A stretch of 64,000 bases of DNA from a virus (taxonomy: Duplodnaviria; Caudoviricetes): the IMG/VR virus record IMGVR_UViG_3300028886_000088, positions 5,339-69,338 of that record. One strand, written 5' to 3'. Positions within the stretch are counted from its first letter, which is position 1; every line of letters starts with the position of its first letter. The notes under the pieces were generated by a model that saw nothing but the letters and a program-made list of their open reading frames with translations, did no database searches and was not told the DNA's origin. A program made the position numbers and the translations under genes. Of this stretch, positions 30,157 to 39,956 are shown piece by piece.

Positions 30157-31955
30157 TTTATAAAAAAGTTAAATCTTGTTAATTTTTTTCTTGCAATGTC
30201 ATTCAGATTCCTACGGATTGGCTGAGTAATACTATGACTTTGCAAACCTTGTACCACATTATTGTAATTCGGTTTTTCAATTCTTTCATTTTTGCTTATT
30301 GTTTCTTTTACATGTGCAAAAGTCAATTCCTTTGAACGTTTTTTTCCTAATATAGAATTAACCTTATATTCAATTAGATTCAATGATTCTTGCACATTAT
30401 CGTTAATAAATAGTTTGAATTCTGTTTCGTCCAAGAAACCCAAGAAGTTTTTTGCTCTTGTAAATGCAACATATCTTAAATTTGTTTCTTGTATCTTTTC
30501 CCAAGGTAGTCTTGCAGATTTAGAAGGCATCAAAGATTCACAAGCAATAAATATTCTATTTGCTTCCAATCCCTTTGCTTTATGTACTGTAGATAACATT
30601 ATACCTTCCTTTGTTTTATCTGAAAAAATGCCATCAATTTTTCTTTTCAATTCTGATGCGGTGTTTATATCATTTGATAATATATCTAGTGTTCTGATTG
30701 CATCCAATCTGTTATTGAATGTTTCTGTTTGTTCCGCATCTTTTAATTCTATTTGTTCTTGCTTTGCTATCTTATCCCTTAATTCGAATAGTGAATCATA
30801 TAATCTTACAAAAACGCCATCTTTTGAAAGGTCTTGATTCAATTCTTCCATATTTGTATCTTCAACCAACTTTTTAAGATTTGAGCCAAAATCCCTACCC
30901 CTTATGTAGCATTTTTTACCCATTTTAATATAATCATTATATATTTTCATCAATGGCGCATTGTTTCTACATAAAATCATATCACCGTCTTGCACATTTG
31001 ACATACTGCATTTGAATTCAATATCCCCTACCCTACCATCATTGTTTTCCTCAATTGATGGAACAATTGTTTTCGCAAAGTTTACAATTTTACTTGCACA
31101 TCTGTAAGATATTGGCAATGGCAAAGAATGCATATTTGGTAATTCCTTTAATTTCTTGAATGAATTTATATCTGCTGAACTGAATCCGTATATGGATTGG
31201 TTTTGGTCACCACAAAATATAAATCTTGTATTTATCTTATTGCATTTAAGCAACAATTCCCTTTGTACAGCAGAAAAATCTTGGCATTCGTCACCAAATA
31301 TGAAATCAAATTGGCAACCTATTGGTTTAAGATATAAAACATTTGGCAACCAAACCATATCAGTATAATCAACTGATTGAAAATTTCTTTTTCCCCAATC
31401 CATTGCTTTTATTGCAACATCAACCTCATCAGCGATTATGTTCAAATCATATCTCTGTATGATTTCAATTGAATCTTTTTTGGTTGTTGCCAAATTATAT
31501 CTCATTAGGTCAATTAATCTTAAAATATTTTGAAAATACTGATTATAAGTTTTTTTGCCTAATAAATACGTATTAATGCTAGAATAACCATTAGCAAGAT
31601 TTTTAACAAGTTCCTTTTTATACTTGAATTCATCTAATTCAATTGTTAAATCTCTGAAATTATTTTTAAGTATTGTAAACCCAAGGCTATGCACAGTCGA
31701 AACTGTCACATTATCCCATCCTTTTACTTTTTTTTCAATATCTTTAACAATATCATTGTTAAATGCACAAAATAAAATCTTTTTATCTTTATCAATAAGG
31801 CTAATGGCTTTAACCATTGTTGTTGTTTTACCACAACCCGCATTTGCCTCTATCAAAAGATTCCCATTTCCGTGTTCAATAAAATTAAATATTTCCTCTT
31901 GATATTTACTAGGAGTTATTTCTGGAGCGTCAGCAATTTTTTTTGTTCTACCCAT
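30153..31955 (-). CDS. superfamily 1 UvrD/Rep-like helicase
   Basis: ANAGCGKTT, GDECQD, GDQNQSIYGF, SYRC, STVHKAKGLEA and YVAFTRAK. Confidence 0.9.
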   Translation of the reverse strand: MGRTKKIADAPEITPSKYQEEIFNFIEHGNGNLLIEANAGCGKTTTMVKAISLIDKDKKILFCAFNNDIVKDIEKKVKGWDNVTVSTVHSLGFTILKNNFRDLTIELDEFKYKKELVKNLANGYSSINTYLLGKKTYNQYFQNILRLIDLMRYNLATTKKDSIEIIQRYDLNIIADEVDVAIKAMDWGKRNFQSVDYTDMVWLPNVLYLKPIGCQFDFIFGDECQDFSAVQRELLLKCNKINTRFIFCGDQNQSIYGFSSADINSFKKLKELPNMHSLPLPISYRCASKIVNFAKTIVPSIEENNDGRVGDIEFKCSMSNVQDGDMILCRNNAPLMKIYNDYIKMGKKCYIRGRDFGSNLKKLVEDTNMEELNQDLSKDGVFVRLYDSLFELRDKIAKQEQIELKDAEQTETFNNRLDAIRTLDILSNDINTASELKRKIDGIFSDKTKEGIMLSTVHKAKGLEANRIFIACESLMPSKSARLPWEKIQETNLRYVAFTRAKNFLGFLDETEFKLFINDNVQESLNLIEYKVNSILGKKRSKELTFAHVKETISKNERIEKPNYNNVVQGLQSHSITQPIRRNLNDIARKKLTRFNFFIK

Positions 31956-32053
31956 TTTTTTTTACTAATATATAAAAAAAATTTTAAAAAACAAAATAAG
32001 GAGTGAGGTTTTTTACACCTCACCCCTTATTTTTTTAAGGATAATTTTGATGA

Positions 32054-32962
32054 TTACTTCTTCATCAAAGTTTCCAACATGTTTGCTAATGCTGGATTAC
32101 TCTGAGCCATTTGTGCAATGTTCTTGCCAATTTGCTCATAATTGAAAGCCTCGTTGCTTGGAGCAGCAGCCTCAATTGGAGGCTCTCCATCAAGCGGAAT
32201 TGAATTCAAGAAATTGATGATGTCTGAACGTTTTGCGTTATCGAGATTGCCGAAAGATTGCTGCCAATTTTCAACATTGTTTCGAACAAAATCAATTAGT
32301 TGTGGTCTTGACATTTCATCAAAATCTGGAAGATTTGATGGATTCATTGGAACATTACCATTACCACCCATTTGAGTAGGCGTTGGTGCTTCAAACTGAG
32401 GAGGCATCTGACCACCTACGGGTGCGCCAAACGGTGGGGGAGTTGGCATACCGCCAAACTGAGGAGGCATCTGACCGCCTACGGGTGCGCCAAACTGAGG
32501 AGGCATTGGTGCGCCACCATAAGGATTTGGCTGTCCATCACCAATTGGTGCGCCAAAAGGAGGCATCTGGCCACCTACGGGTGCGCCAAATTCATTTGGG
32601 TTTGGCATACCGCCATAAGGTGGCATTGGCATACGATGACCACGATTTCCCATTGGCATTCTACCGAAAGGATTGCCACGATGATTGCCCATATTACCCA
32701 TTGCTTCATTAACATCTTCGATACGAACAACCTTGTCGGTTGCAATCATAAATGTTACCAATTCCATAAGGGTAATATCGCGCGTACCATTAAGAAGTGC
32801 ATCAATGGCACTTTCTTGCAGACCCAATACTCTTGCCACCTCTTGTGGTGAGGTGTTTTTCGCTTGGATGAAATTGCGAAGGGCGTTTGCGATGTCGGTT
32901 CTAATTGCTTGGCATTGCTGATTTGCCATGTTGCGCAGTTCTGTAAGATTTCTACAAATCAT
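32054..32962 (-). CDS. XRE-like HTH protein with a long Pro/Gly/Met/Gln low-complexity repeat region (probable ATG at 32962)
   Basis: QEVARVLGLQESAIDALLNGTRDITL HTH; repeated PPQFGAPVGGQM. Confidence 0.7.
   Translation of the reverse strand: MICRNLTELRNMANQQCQAIRTDIANALRNFIQAKNTSPQEVARVLGLQESAIDALLNGTRDITLMELVTFMIATDKVVRIEDVNEAMGNMGNHRGNPFGRMPMGNRGHRMPMPPYGGMPNPNEFGAPVGGQMPPFGAPIGDGQPNPYGGAPMPPQFGAPVGGQMPPQFGGMPTPPPFGAPVGGQMPPQFEAPTPTQMGGNGNVPMNPSNLPDFDEMSRPQLIDFVRNNVENWQQSFGNLDNAKRSDIINFLNSIPLDGEPPIEAAAPSNEAFNYEQIGKNIAQMAQSNPALANMLETLMKK
32385..32610 (-). repeat. coding ~36-bp imperfect tandem repeats (PPQFGAPVGGQM)
   Basis: Recurrent gaggaggcatctgaccacctacgggtgcgccaa units. Confidence 0.8.
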
Positions 32963-33036
32963 TTTTTTTTCTGTTTTAATGTTAATATTACGTTGCAAAT
33001 ATATAAAAGTTTTTTTCCAAAACAAAATTTAAAGTC

Positions 33037-33480
33037 TTAAATAATGTTAAAAGATTCCTTAATTTTTTGAACAAATTCTTTGTCACTGATTTTTTCACCA
33101 ATTTTATCAATATGATTGACCATTCTTTTAGCCAATTCAGATAATTCGGTTTCATTGTCTTTATCTTCGGCAAAAACGAAAACTGTAATCATTTGGTCAT
33201 CATCAATTGGGGTCAAAAGATTCATTTGAACCCCAACTGTTTTACCAACATAATAATGGTCAACCATTAACCCACTTTGACTGATATGTAAGTCATACTT
33301 GTCTTTCCAAGACCCAACTTTGTAGTTTCTTTCCCATAAAGTTATCAACCAATCAGTACCAAGTGGTGGTATTGGATAATTCAATTCATAATATGATTTT
33401 ATGTATATCCATAATGATTGCAGCATCAATATGAAATCACGCATTGCTGTTATCTTGTGCTTTAACTTTTCTTCTTCCAT
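33037..33480 (-). CDS. hypothetical protein
   Basis: 147-aa ORF in an operon. Confidence 0.6.
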   Translation of the reverse strand: MEEEKLKHKITAMRDFILMLQSLWIYIKSYYELNYPIPPLGTDWLITLWERNYKVGSWKDKYDLHISQSGLMVDHYYVGKTVGVQMNLLTPIDDDQMITVFVFAEDKDNETELSELAKRMVNHIDKIGEKISDKEFVQKIKESFNII

Positions 33481-33485
33481 ATATT

Positions 33486-34751
33486 TTATGTGTTAAAGAA
33501 TTTTTTTCGGCATTCAATGAGCAAGTTATTGACAAAATCTGTATCAATATTATCTGGTAATGTTGATTCTTTCATCGCAATTCTCATTTCTTCATTTTTT
33601 TCACTGATATATTGTATGATTTCATCATAAGTGGTATTACCTAATCTAATATTCAAGATAAAATCCCTATCAATGTTTGTTCTATTGACATGAACTTCAC
33701 CCGTTTTAGCAATTTCAATACCCATATGAAGCAATCTTACACAATGAGCGATGTTTTTTCTATCGAATTCTTTGCCTTGATTTTCCTTGAATCTTTCGGG
33801 GTTTCTGTTCTTTTCCCAATCCTTGTATTCCTTGTATTTTACACAATAATCAGTATATCCATTGGAATTGTAAGACATTTGGCAAAGTGGTTTTGTGTTC
33901 TTATCATCAATAGAAGATAATCTTACATCATAAATCTTTGGTTTGCCAACATTATTTTCAATGTTTACATCATCGTTTTCACCAACAATACCTCTATATC
34001 CTATTGGTTTGATTTTACAATTTTTCAGTAAATAGTTTATTGACCAAAATTTACTATGTCTGATAAACCAATTTGGGTGATAATAATCAATTGCAAATTT
34101 GATGAAAACATCATCTTCAATCCAATTTTCGTTAAAAATGTGGTTACCAAAATCATAATATAAACCATACATGTCTTGCATATTTGGTATTTTTACAAGA
34201 CCACAATATTTTTGTTTCAAATGTCTATGTTCCAACCAATGCTCAATTTTAGTGCTTCCTTGTCTGTACATAGTATAACAAAAATCAAGTGGCTGCTTAT
34301 GAACTTTAAATAATTCTGGGTCTGAAACAATTTTTTTGTTCAATCCCCTTGCTTTTTTGATTTGGTCAGAAGCATAGCCAATAAACGGATTGAAACAAGC
34401 CTTTGTGATGAATTGCTGACGATGTTTCTTAATATATGTCATAATTGGGTGTTCATACAAAACGAACTTTTCATCAATGAACAATGCTTCAAGCACTGTT
34501 GGGTTTGATTTGAGAAGCATTTGCATGAATTTTCCAAGTTCATACCAGCAAGTATCGTGACGTTCATCTGAAACTTCCTCTTGATAATTTGATGGAAGCC
34601 CCATAATCTGTTCATTTGGGGCAATATATACACCACCTTCGTCTACATCAGATGTGCCATCGGGTTTTTCAAGACCATATGCGTGTGAGCCACGTATATA
34701 TCTGTATATCAATAAACCCTTTTCTTGTATTGATTCAAATGTTTCAGCCAT
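33486..34751 (-). CDS. predicted nucleotidyltransferase (DNA pol-beta superfamily, T4 NrdC.11-like)
   Basis: RGSHAYGL..TSDVDEGGVY, K.NPTVLE.LF and KN.AHCVRLL..G. Confidence 0.85.
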   Translation of the reverse strand: MAETFESIQEKGLLIYRYIRGSHAYGLEKPDGTSDVDEGGVYIAPNEQIMGLPSNYQEEVSDERHDTCWYELGKFMQMLLKSNPTVLEALFIDEKFVLYEHPIMTYIKKHRQQFITKACFNPFIGYASDQIKKARGLNKKIVSDPELFKVHKQPLDFCYTMYRQGSTKIEHWLEHRHLKQKYCGLVKIPNMQDMYGLYYDFGNHIFNENWIEDDVFIKFAIDYYHPNWFIRHSKFWSINYLLKNCKIKPIGYRGIVGENDDVNIENNVGKPKIYDVRLSSIDDKNTKPLCQMSYNSNGYTDYCVKYKEYKDWEKNRNPERFKENQGKEFDRKNIAHCVRLLHMGIEIAKTGEVHVNRTNIDRDFILNIRLGNTTYDEIIQYISEKNEEMRIAMKESTLPDNIDTDFVNNLLIECRKKFFNT

Positions 34752-34893
34752 ATCTTATAAGTTTTTGTTGTGCAAATATATAATATTTTTTTTGAAAAAA
34801 CAAATTTTTTATGTTAAAAAATATAAAAAAAATGACGGTGATATTTTATATACCACCGTCATTAAAAAAGAAATGCAATTATGTCAGACCGAA

Positions 34894-35379
34894 TCAAAGC
34901 CAATCTTCATCAAATGGGTCGGTCTCACCGAAAAGTCCACAAGGGCGTGTTGGCTCAAAAAGTGGACGAGCAAGTGGACGAGCGAATGGGCGAACAAAGC
35001 GAGGCGCATTTACAGCCCCAATTGGCTCACGATTAGGCCAATTGCAACGCTTTACCGCGTCAAGTGCGTTTTCGTACTTAATCTTGTCAGTAACGAAACG
35101 CTCACGTCCGTTCCAACCCCAATAACGAGGATTGCTTGGATTCGGATTGTCGATGTGGGCATCGAAACCGTCTGGTTCGCGGCAAGGCTGTGGAGCAAGA
35201 ATAGGCTCTACAAGTCGAGTTGGGCGAACAAACGTTGGGAGTTCACCAACGAAAGGCGGCATTACCTCACAACCGCATACGGGACGATTGAAAAGCGGAC
35301 GATTAAAAACTGGAGTTGTTTCCTCAACTCTAACGGTAACAATACGATTACCATCACGGAATGTCTTTTCTGTAATCAT
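34894..35379 (-). CDS. Pro/Arg-rich, likely disordered early protein
   Basis: GC-richer ORF with (N/A/V)RP(L/F) repeats; early promoter at 35438-35471; terminator hairpin at ~34826-34868. Confidence 0.65.
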   Translation of the reverse strand: MITEKTFRDGNRIVTVRVEETTPVFNRPLFNRPVCGCEVMPPFVGELPTFVRPTRLVEPILAPQPCREPDGFDAHIDNPNPSNPRYWGWNGRERFVTDKIKYENALDAVKRCNWPNREPIGAVNAPRFVRPFARPLARPLFEPTRPCGLFGETDPFDEDWL

Positions 35380-35503
35380 GTTTTTTTTGTTTTGATTGTT
35401 AGTAATTTTAATTTTTTATCTCGTTTTTGTTTTACACTGCAAATATATAAAAAAAATTTTCAAAAAACAAAATTTTTATTGTTAAAAAATCTTAAAAGTT
35501 TTT

Positions 35504-35731
35504 TTAATTTTCATATTGTCTTTTTGGAAACTTGTTGTGCCATTTGCCATAACCAGTTGGTTTTCCATCTTTGAATTTTGATGGCGCACATTCGGAACAT
35601 AAATGCTTTCCTTTATATTCCTCACCAACATCAGACCAATCTGCGGTTTCAGCGAATTCCTCTGCAAGCCAATACCATCCAAGTACAGTATTTTCTGCAC
35701 AACCGCATTTTTCACATTTGAATATTGCCAT
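35504..35731 (-). CDS. small Zn-finger protein
   Basis: CEKCGC.ENT and LCSEC motifs. Confidence 0.6.
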   Translation of the reverse strand: MAIFKCEKCGCAENTVLGWYWLAEEFAETADWSDVGEEYKGKHLCSECAPSKFKDGKPTGYGKWHNKFPKRQYEN

Positions 35732-35818
35732 TGTTGTTTAAGTGTTTTTCACATTGCAAATGTATAAAAAAAAATTCGGAAAAGCAAATTTTTTCCGAAC
35801 TTTTTTTGTTAAAATAAT

Positions 35819-36442
35819 TTAATTTGTTTGATGAAAAATATATTTTTCAATTGATTGTATCATATTTGTTGGATATGCTGCATCGTATTTCAATCTTTCT
35901 AAGCAAAATGTTTTATACATGTCACCACAATTCAAAAATTGTTTACAATCCCTTTTAAAATCTTCTTCTAAAAAATTGTTTTCTATTCTATAAAAGCATT
36001 CCATTAAATATTGTGCAACTTCAATATAATTTACAAAGCCTTCAATTAAAAGATTATCTGCGTCACCGTTAATTGTATAATCAAAATTGTAAAATGCATC
36101 CCATACCGCTTTTTCTAGATTTTCATATAAATAATTTGAATCCATATTGAAAATGCTATTTATTTCAGTTTTTAATTCATTCATTAAAGCGTTAATGAAT
36201 GTTGTTTGTTCTTCTAATGTGCCATATACATCTTCATATTCTTTTCCATACATATGCTCATTCATTACAATTAGATTAACATAATCGGTCTGCATGATTT
36301 TTTTAAATTTGGTTAATTTCATCTTTGCTTGTGCAATATTTACACGAAATTTATTAAACAATTCATTTGCTTTCTTTTCATCTTCATCAAATGATTCATT
36401 CAATGCTTTTTTTTTATTCTTTGCAAAGATTTTTGGACGCAT
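35819..36442 (-). CDS. hypothetical protein, possibly a -1 frameshift extension of 36400..36909
   Basis: 207-aa ORF overlapping the upstream ORF across A AAA AAG. Confidence 0.55.
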   Translation of the reverse strand: MRPKIFAKNKKKALNESFDEDEKKANELFNKFRVNIAQAKMKLTKFKKIMQTDYVNLIVMNEHMYGKEYEDVYGTLEEQTTFINALMNELKTEINSIFNMDSNYLYENLEKAVWDAFYNFDYTINGDADNLLIEGFVNYIEVAQYLMECFYRIENNFLEEDFKRDCKQFLNCGDMYKTFCLERLKYDAAYPTNMIQSIEKYIFHQTN

Positions 36443-36909
36443 TCAGTTATATATTCACTCAATTCTGATTCTGATAATTTGATTGTATTTCTTCTTTCAT
36501 TTAATTTTTTTCTGAAATTTCTCTTGAAATCTTCTTTAAGTGAAATCTTCAACAGATATTTGAACTTGTTCACTTGCCCAATGAAATTCTCCATTTCACT
36601 TCTTATACCAATATATTCATCCTTATCAGAAAGGGACTTATAAAACTCTTTTGATGAATCAAGCAAATCATCCAAGAATTTTTCTTTGCTTCCTATATTA
36701 TATTGTATAGGTTTGAGTGTGTTTTTGGATATTTGACCATAAATACCTTGTGCCATTTCAGAAACATTGTCTTGAATGTCATTTACTGCATCAGCAATAT
36801 CATCCCAAAGTTTATGCTCACTCATATTCGATGCATCCCAATGCATTGATTTGATTGCGGTTTTATATCCCTCAATCTTGTTTATATAATTCATTATATT
36901 ACTTTCCAT
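36400..36909 (-). CDS. ferritin/Dps-like four-helix protein with a C-terminal head-type helix
   Basis: K.MHW....EHKLWD......D..SE..QG; C-terminal IKLSESELSEYITECVQKSL. Confidence 0.65.
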   Translation of the reverse strand: MESNIMNYINKIEGYKTAIKSMHWDASNMSEHKLWDDIADAVNDIQDNVSEMAQGIYGQISKNTLKPIQYNIGSKEKFLDDLLDSSKEFYKSLSDKDEYIGIRSEMENFIGQVNKFKYLLKISLKEDFKRNFRKKLNERRNTIKLSESELSEYITECVQKSLQRIKKKH

Positions 36910-36910
36910 A

Positions 36911-37303
36911 TTAATATTGTGTTAGACTACCATATTGACTGATTTTATTATGATACCAATCAATTATTATTTGTTTAAGAAATTTATCTCTATTAAAATG
37001 TGTTGGGTTTTCTGAATCATCATCTGCTGGTAAAATATTCTTGAATTTGTCTTGTACCATATAGAACAAATCTGTGTCGCTCAAATATTGCAATGGCTGT
37101 TTATATGAATCAACCATAATTACCATACCTTTGTTTTTTGGTAATCCATCTTCACCTATTTCCGAATTAACTGCTTTGACAAAATTTTTGTTCAAGAAAT
37201 CAGTTACAACAGAAACTTTATCAGCCCAACCATTACTTTCTTCCTTTAATATTGTCTTGATAAGTTTCTTTTCCTTATCTTCTGAAATTATTATTTGTTT
37301 CAT
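36911..37303 (-). CDS. putative internal head protein
   Basis: Leader MKQIIISEDKEKKLIKTILKEE. Confidence 0.6.
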   Translation of the reverse strand: MKQIIISEDKEKKLIKTILKEESNGWADKVSVVTDFLNKNFVKAVNSEIGEDGLPKNKGMVIMVDSYKQPLQYLSDTDLFYMVQDKFKNILPADDDSENPTHFNRDKFLKQIIIDWYHNKISQYGSLTQY

Positions 37304-38016
37304 ATTATAGAATTTATGTTTGCGCCAATTATTCTATTAAGCATTAAAAGCATTTTTTTTATTTTGAAAACTTCTTTTGGGTCAACGAAAATATTCATTT
37401 TTGATGCTGGATTACTATATCCTTTGTTGCCATATGATTTATTTATTTCATATTCAAGATTGTAGTTTCCAAATTTTTTACCAATAATTAAAGTAGATTT
37501 CAATTCCCACATACTTCTAAATCTAGGAATATCATTATGGTATTCTTCTATTTGATAATAAGCGTTGTTATCTTTGTTTCCACCCCTTATGATATATCTT
37601 TCTGTTTCATTTGATTTTGGTTTATAATTGCTTTTTATTCTACCCGTCATTGATGAAATCCCATTGTACAAGTTTGTTTCAATGTAGTTTGTAATGCTAG
37701 ATAATGTTTCTTGTGATTTTGTGTATATTGTATCAAAAATTTTCGGATTAATTTCATCGTAATTTTGAATTAAAATTTTTTTATCTATTAACGAAGAATC
37801 AGTAAAATTTAGATATTTAATGTCATTATCATTTAATGTAACGAATAAAACGTTACATTCGCAACTGCCTTGGAAACCAGTTAAATTCCATCTTTTTATA
37901 TCATATATTGTTGCAATTGTATTATTGCCCATTTCATTGGTATTTATATAGCATTTATTGTCATTTTCACTTAACAAATTCCCAATTTCTTCTTGAATGA
38001 TTTTTCTTATATTCAT
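37300..38016 (-). CDS. putative internal head protein
   Basis: Leader MNIRKIIQEEIGNLLSE. Confidence 0.55.
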   Translation of the reverse strand: MNIRKIIQEEIGNLLSENDNKCYINTNEMGNNTIATIYDIKRWNLTGFQGSCECNVLFVTLNDNDIKYLNFTDSSLIDKKILIQNYDEINPKIFDTIYTKSQETLSSITNYIETNLYNGISSMTGRIKSNYKPKSNETERYIIRGGNKDNNAYYQIEEYHNDIPRFRSMWELKSTLIIGKKFGNYNLEYEINKSYGNKGYSNPASKMNIFVDPKEVFKIKKMLLMLNRIIGANINSII

Positions 38017-38605
38017 AAAAATATGCTTTTATTCTTTTATAAATATCTATGAAACAGTCATTATTCAAAAACTTAACATAAAATTTTGCTTCTTTGATAT
38101 TTAAAATCTCAGTGAAACCAAATCGTTTCCAATAGTTATGAGATTTCAAATCATTGTCAACAGCAATCCAGCAAATATCATAATTCTTAATGAAATCCAT
38201 TGCAAATTCAATCATTTTCTTATCAAATCCGCAACCTCTCAATCTTTTATCGATAACAAATAGAAATCCGTTTATCTGTTTTATATCATTTAATGCATAT
38301 GCTGCAAGTTGGTCTTGATTCTGTATGGGTGTTCCTATTTGAATAGGATAGTCACATAAAACAAGCAAACCATAAATAACTTTATTTCTAGAATCAATCA
38401 ATTTAATTGATTTTCTTATGTTTATTCTTGATGAACGCAACTGAAATTCAGCCTCTTTTCTTGAATTTAATCCCATTGATTTCCAAAGAATGTATGTAAT
38501 ATCAAAGAAATCATCTTCATCAGTATTACATATTTCAATGTTATTTAATAGTTCTTCTTTTGATATATTTTCAAAACCAAGAATATCTGTTTTAAATGTA
38601 AGCAT
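37967..38605 (-). CDS. GNAT-like acetyltransferase
   Basis: FVIDKRLRGCGF motif A; YWKRFGF. Confidence 0.7.
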   Translation of the reverse strand: MLTFKTDILGFENISKEELLNNIEICNTDEDDFFDITYILWKSMGLNSRKEAEFQLRSSRINIRKSIKLIDSRNKVIYGLLVLCDYPIQIGTPIQNQDQLAAYALNDIKQINGFLFVIDKRLRGCGFDKKMIEFAMDFIKNYDICWIAVDNDLKSHNYWKRFGFTEILNIKEAKFYVKFLNNDCFIDIYKRIKAYFYEYKKNHSRRNWEFVK

Positions 38606-38614
38606 ATATATTAT

Positions 38615-38740
38615 TATTATTATATTATATTAGGGAACTATATACTTGTTGACACCAACAAGGTATATAACTTACTGCTTCATAGGGTTCGTAGCCTCTT
38701 CCCTCCACAGTCTCTGAATCCCGCTTCCCTACGGGCTTTT
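38615..38740 (-). ncRNA. TnpB omegaRNA; scaffold ~38735-38633, guide from 38632 leftwards
   Basis: cccgtagggaagcggg 5' hairpin, ctgtggag...atgaagcag core and 3' hairpin ending TAGTTCCC, directly downstream of tnpB. Confidence 0.8.
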
Positions 38741-38760
38741 ATTTTTTGTTATTTTTTATC

Positions 38761-39891
38761 TCATTTAACGCCAACAAGGTTTTGCTTGTCAAACGCAATT
38801 TCCTTGATATTAATTGCTGCGTTTATATCTCTATCATGCCTTGTTCCGCATACTGGACATATCCATTCCCTATTATTTAATAATAAGTCTTTATTGATAT
38901 ATCCGCAATTATGGCATAATTTGCTGCTTGGCTCAAATCTACCAATGAACAGCACATTCTTGCCATACCATTCACTTTTATAAGACAATTGTCTTACAAA
39001 CTCGCTCCATGCAGCACCTTGTATCGCTCTTGCAAGACAATGGTTTTGCTCCATTCCCTTTACATTCAAGTCTTCAAGGCAAATTGCATCATAGTTCATT
39101 ACCAAATGCGTTGATAACTTGTGCAATAAATCACTTCTTTTATTTGCAATTCTTCGATGACATCTTGCAATCTTAACCCTTATTTTCTCATGATTTCTTG
39201 AATCGTTCTTGCTTCTTGCAAATGTTTTCTGCAAATGGGCAAGTTTCTTTTGTACATTTTCAATGTATTTTGGGTTTGAGAACTTGATTCCGTTTGACAA
39301 AGTGGCATAATCCTTTATTCCAAGGTCGACTCCTATTGCATTATCCTTAACCAACTTGGTTTTCGTTGGCTTTTGCTTCAAATCATCAACCGTTATAACA
39401 CACCAATATGTTCCGCAATGGTCTCTGCTTACTGTACAAGTGCCTTGCTTGCAATTTGATTGGTCAAATGTCTTATTCTTGCATAACGCCACTTTTCCCA
39501 ATTTTGGCAACTTTACCGTCCAATTTTCAAAATCAAAGTGAACTGAGTTTATGAATTTGACAGAATTTCTTGTAAATTTCTTTGATTTGAATTTAGGATA
39601 TTGTGCTTTCTTGCGGAAGAATGCAGTAAAAGCATTGTCAAGGCTTCTTAGTGATTGTTGCAATGCCTCTGTTGTGCATTCGTTAAGCCATTCGTGGTCT
39701 TGCTGTTGTTTCAACGATGTCAATTCCTTTGCAAGTTGCACATATCCTACGGCTTTGCCGTTTTCCTTGTAGGCACTTGTTTTTGCGTTCAAGCCCCAAT
39801 TATATATATAACGGACACAACCAAAGAACTTTGACAAAAGTTCCTTTTGTATATCATTTGGTTTTATCTTGTATTTGTAGGCTTTAAGCAT
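38761..39891 (-). CDS. tnpB: RNA-guided endonuclease TnpB with an intact RuvC triad
   Basis: KAYKYKIKP HTH, GVDLGIK, CLEDLNV, FEPSSKLCHNCG, CPVCG and HDRDINAAINI. Confidence 0.95.
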   Translation of the reverse strand: MLKAYKYKIKPNDIQKELLSKFFGCVRYIYNWGLNAKTSAYKENGKAVGYVQLAKELTSLKQQQDHEWLNECTTEALQQSLRSLDNAFTAFFRKKAQYPKFKSKKFTRNSVKFINSVHFDFENWTVKLPKLGKVALCKNKTFDQSNCKQGTCTVSRDHCGTYWCVITVDDLKQKPTKTKLVKDNAIGVDLGIKDYATLSNGIKFSNPKYIENVQKKLAHLQKTFARSKNDSRNHEKIRVKIARCHRRIANKRSDLLHKLSTHLVMNYDAICLEDLNVKGMEQNHCLARAIQGAAWSEFVRQLSYKSEWYGKNVLFIGRFEPSSKLCHNCGYINKDLLLNNREWICPVCGTRHDRDINAAINIKEIAFDKQNLVGVK

Positions 39892-39956
39892 GATATTATT
39901 ATCTTTTTATAATAAATATAACATTAAAGCAAAAAATACAGTTTTTACTATAATTA

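Noticed and set aside
30292-30837. Long antisense ORFs (also 34654-35574, 32372-32851, 48350-49169, 57985-58404, 60476-60877)
   Set aside because: Shadows of well-supported opposite-strand genes with no recognisable motifs.
38632-38653. Reading AAGTATATAGTTCCC(T) as a conserved TnpB guide after a TCAAC transposon end
   Set aside because: It is part of a TIR present at both element ends, is flanked by exact TSDs, and pairs with the scaffold loop. As a guide it would be self-targeting.
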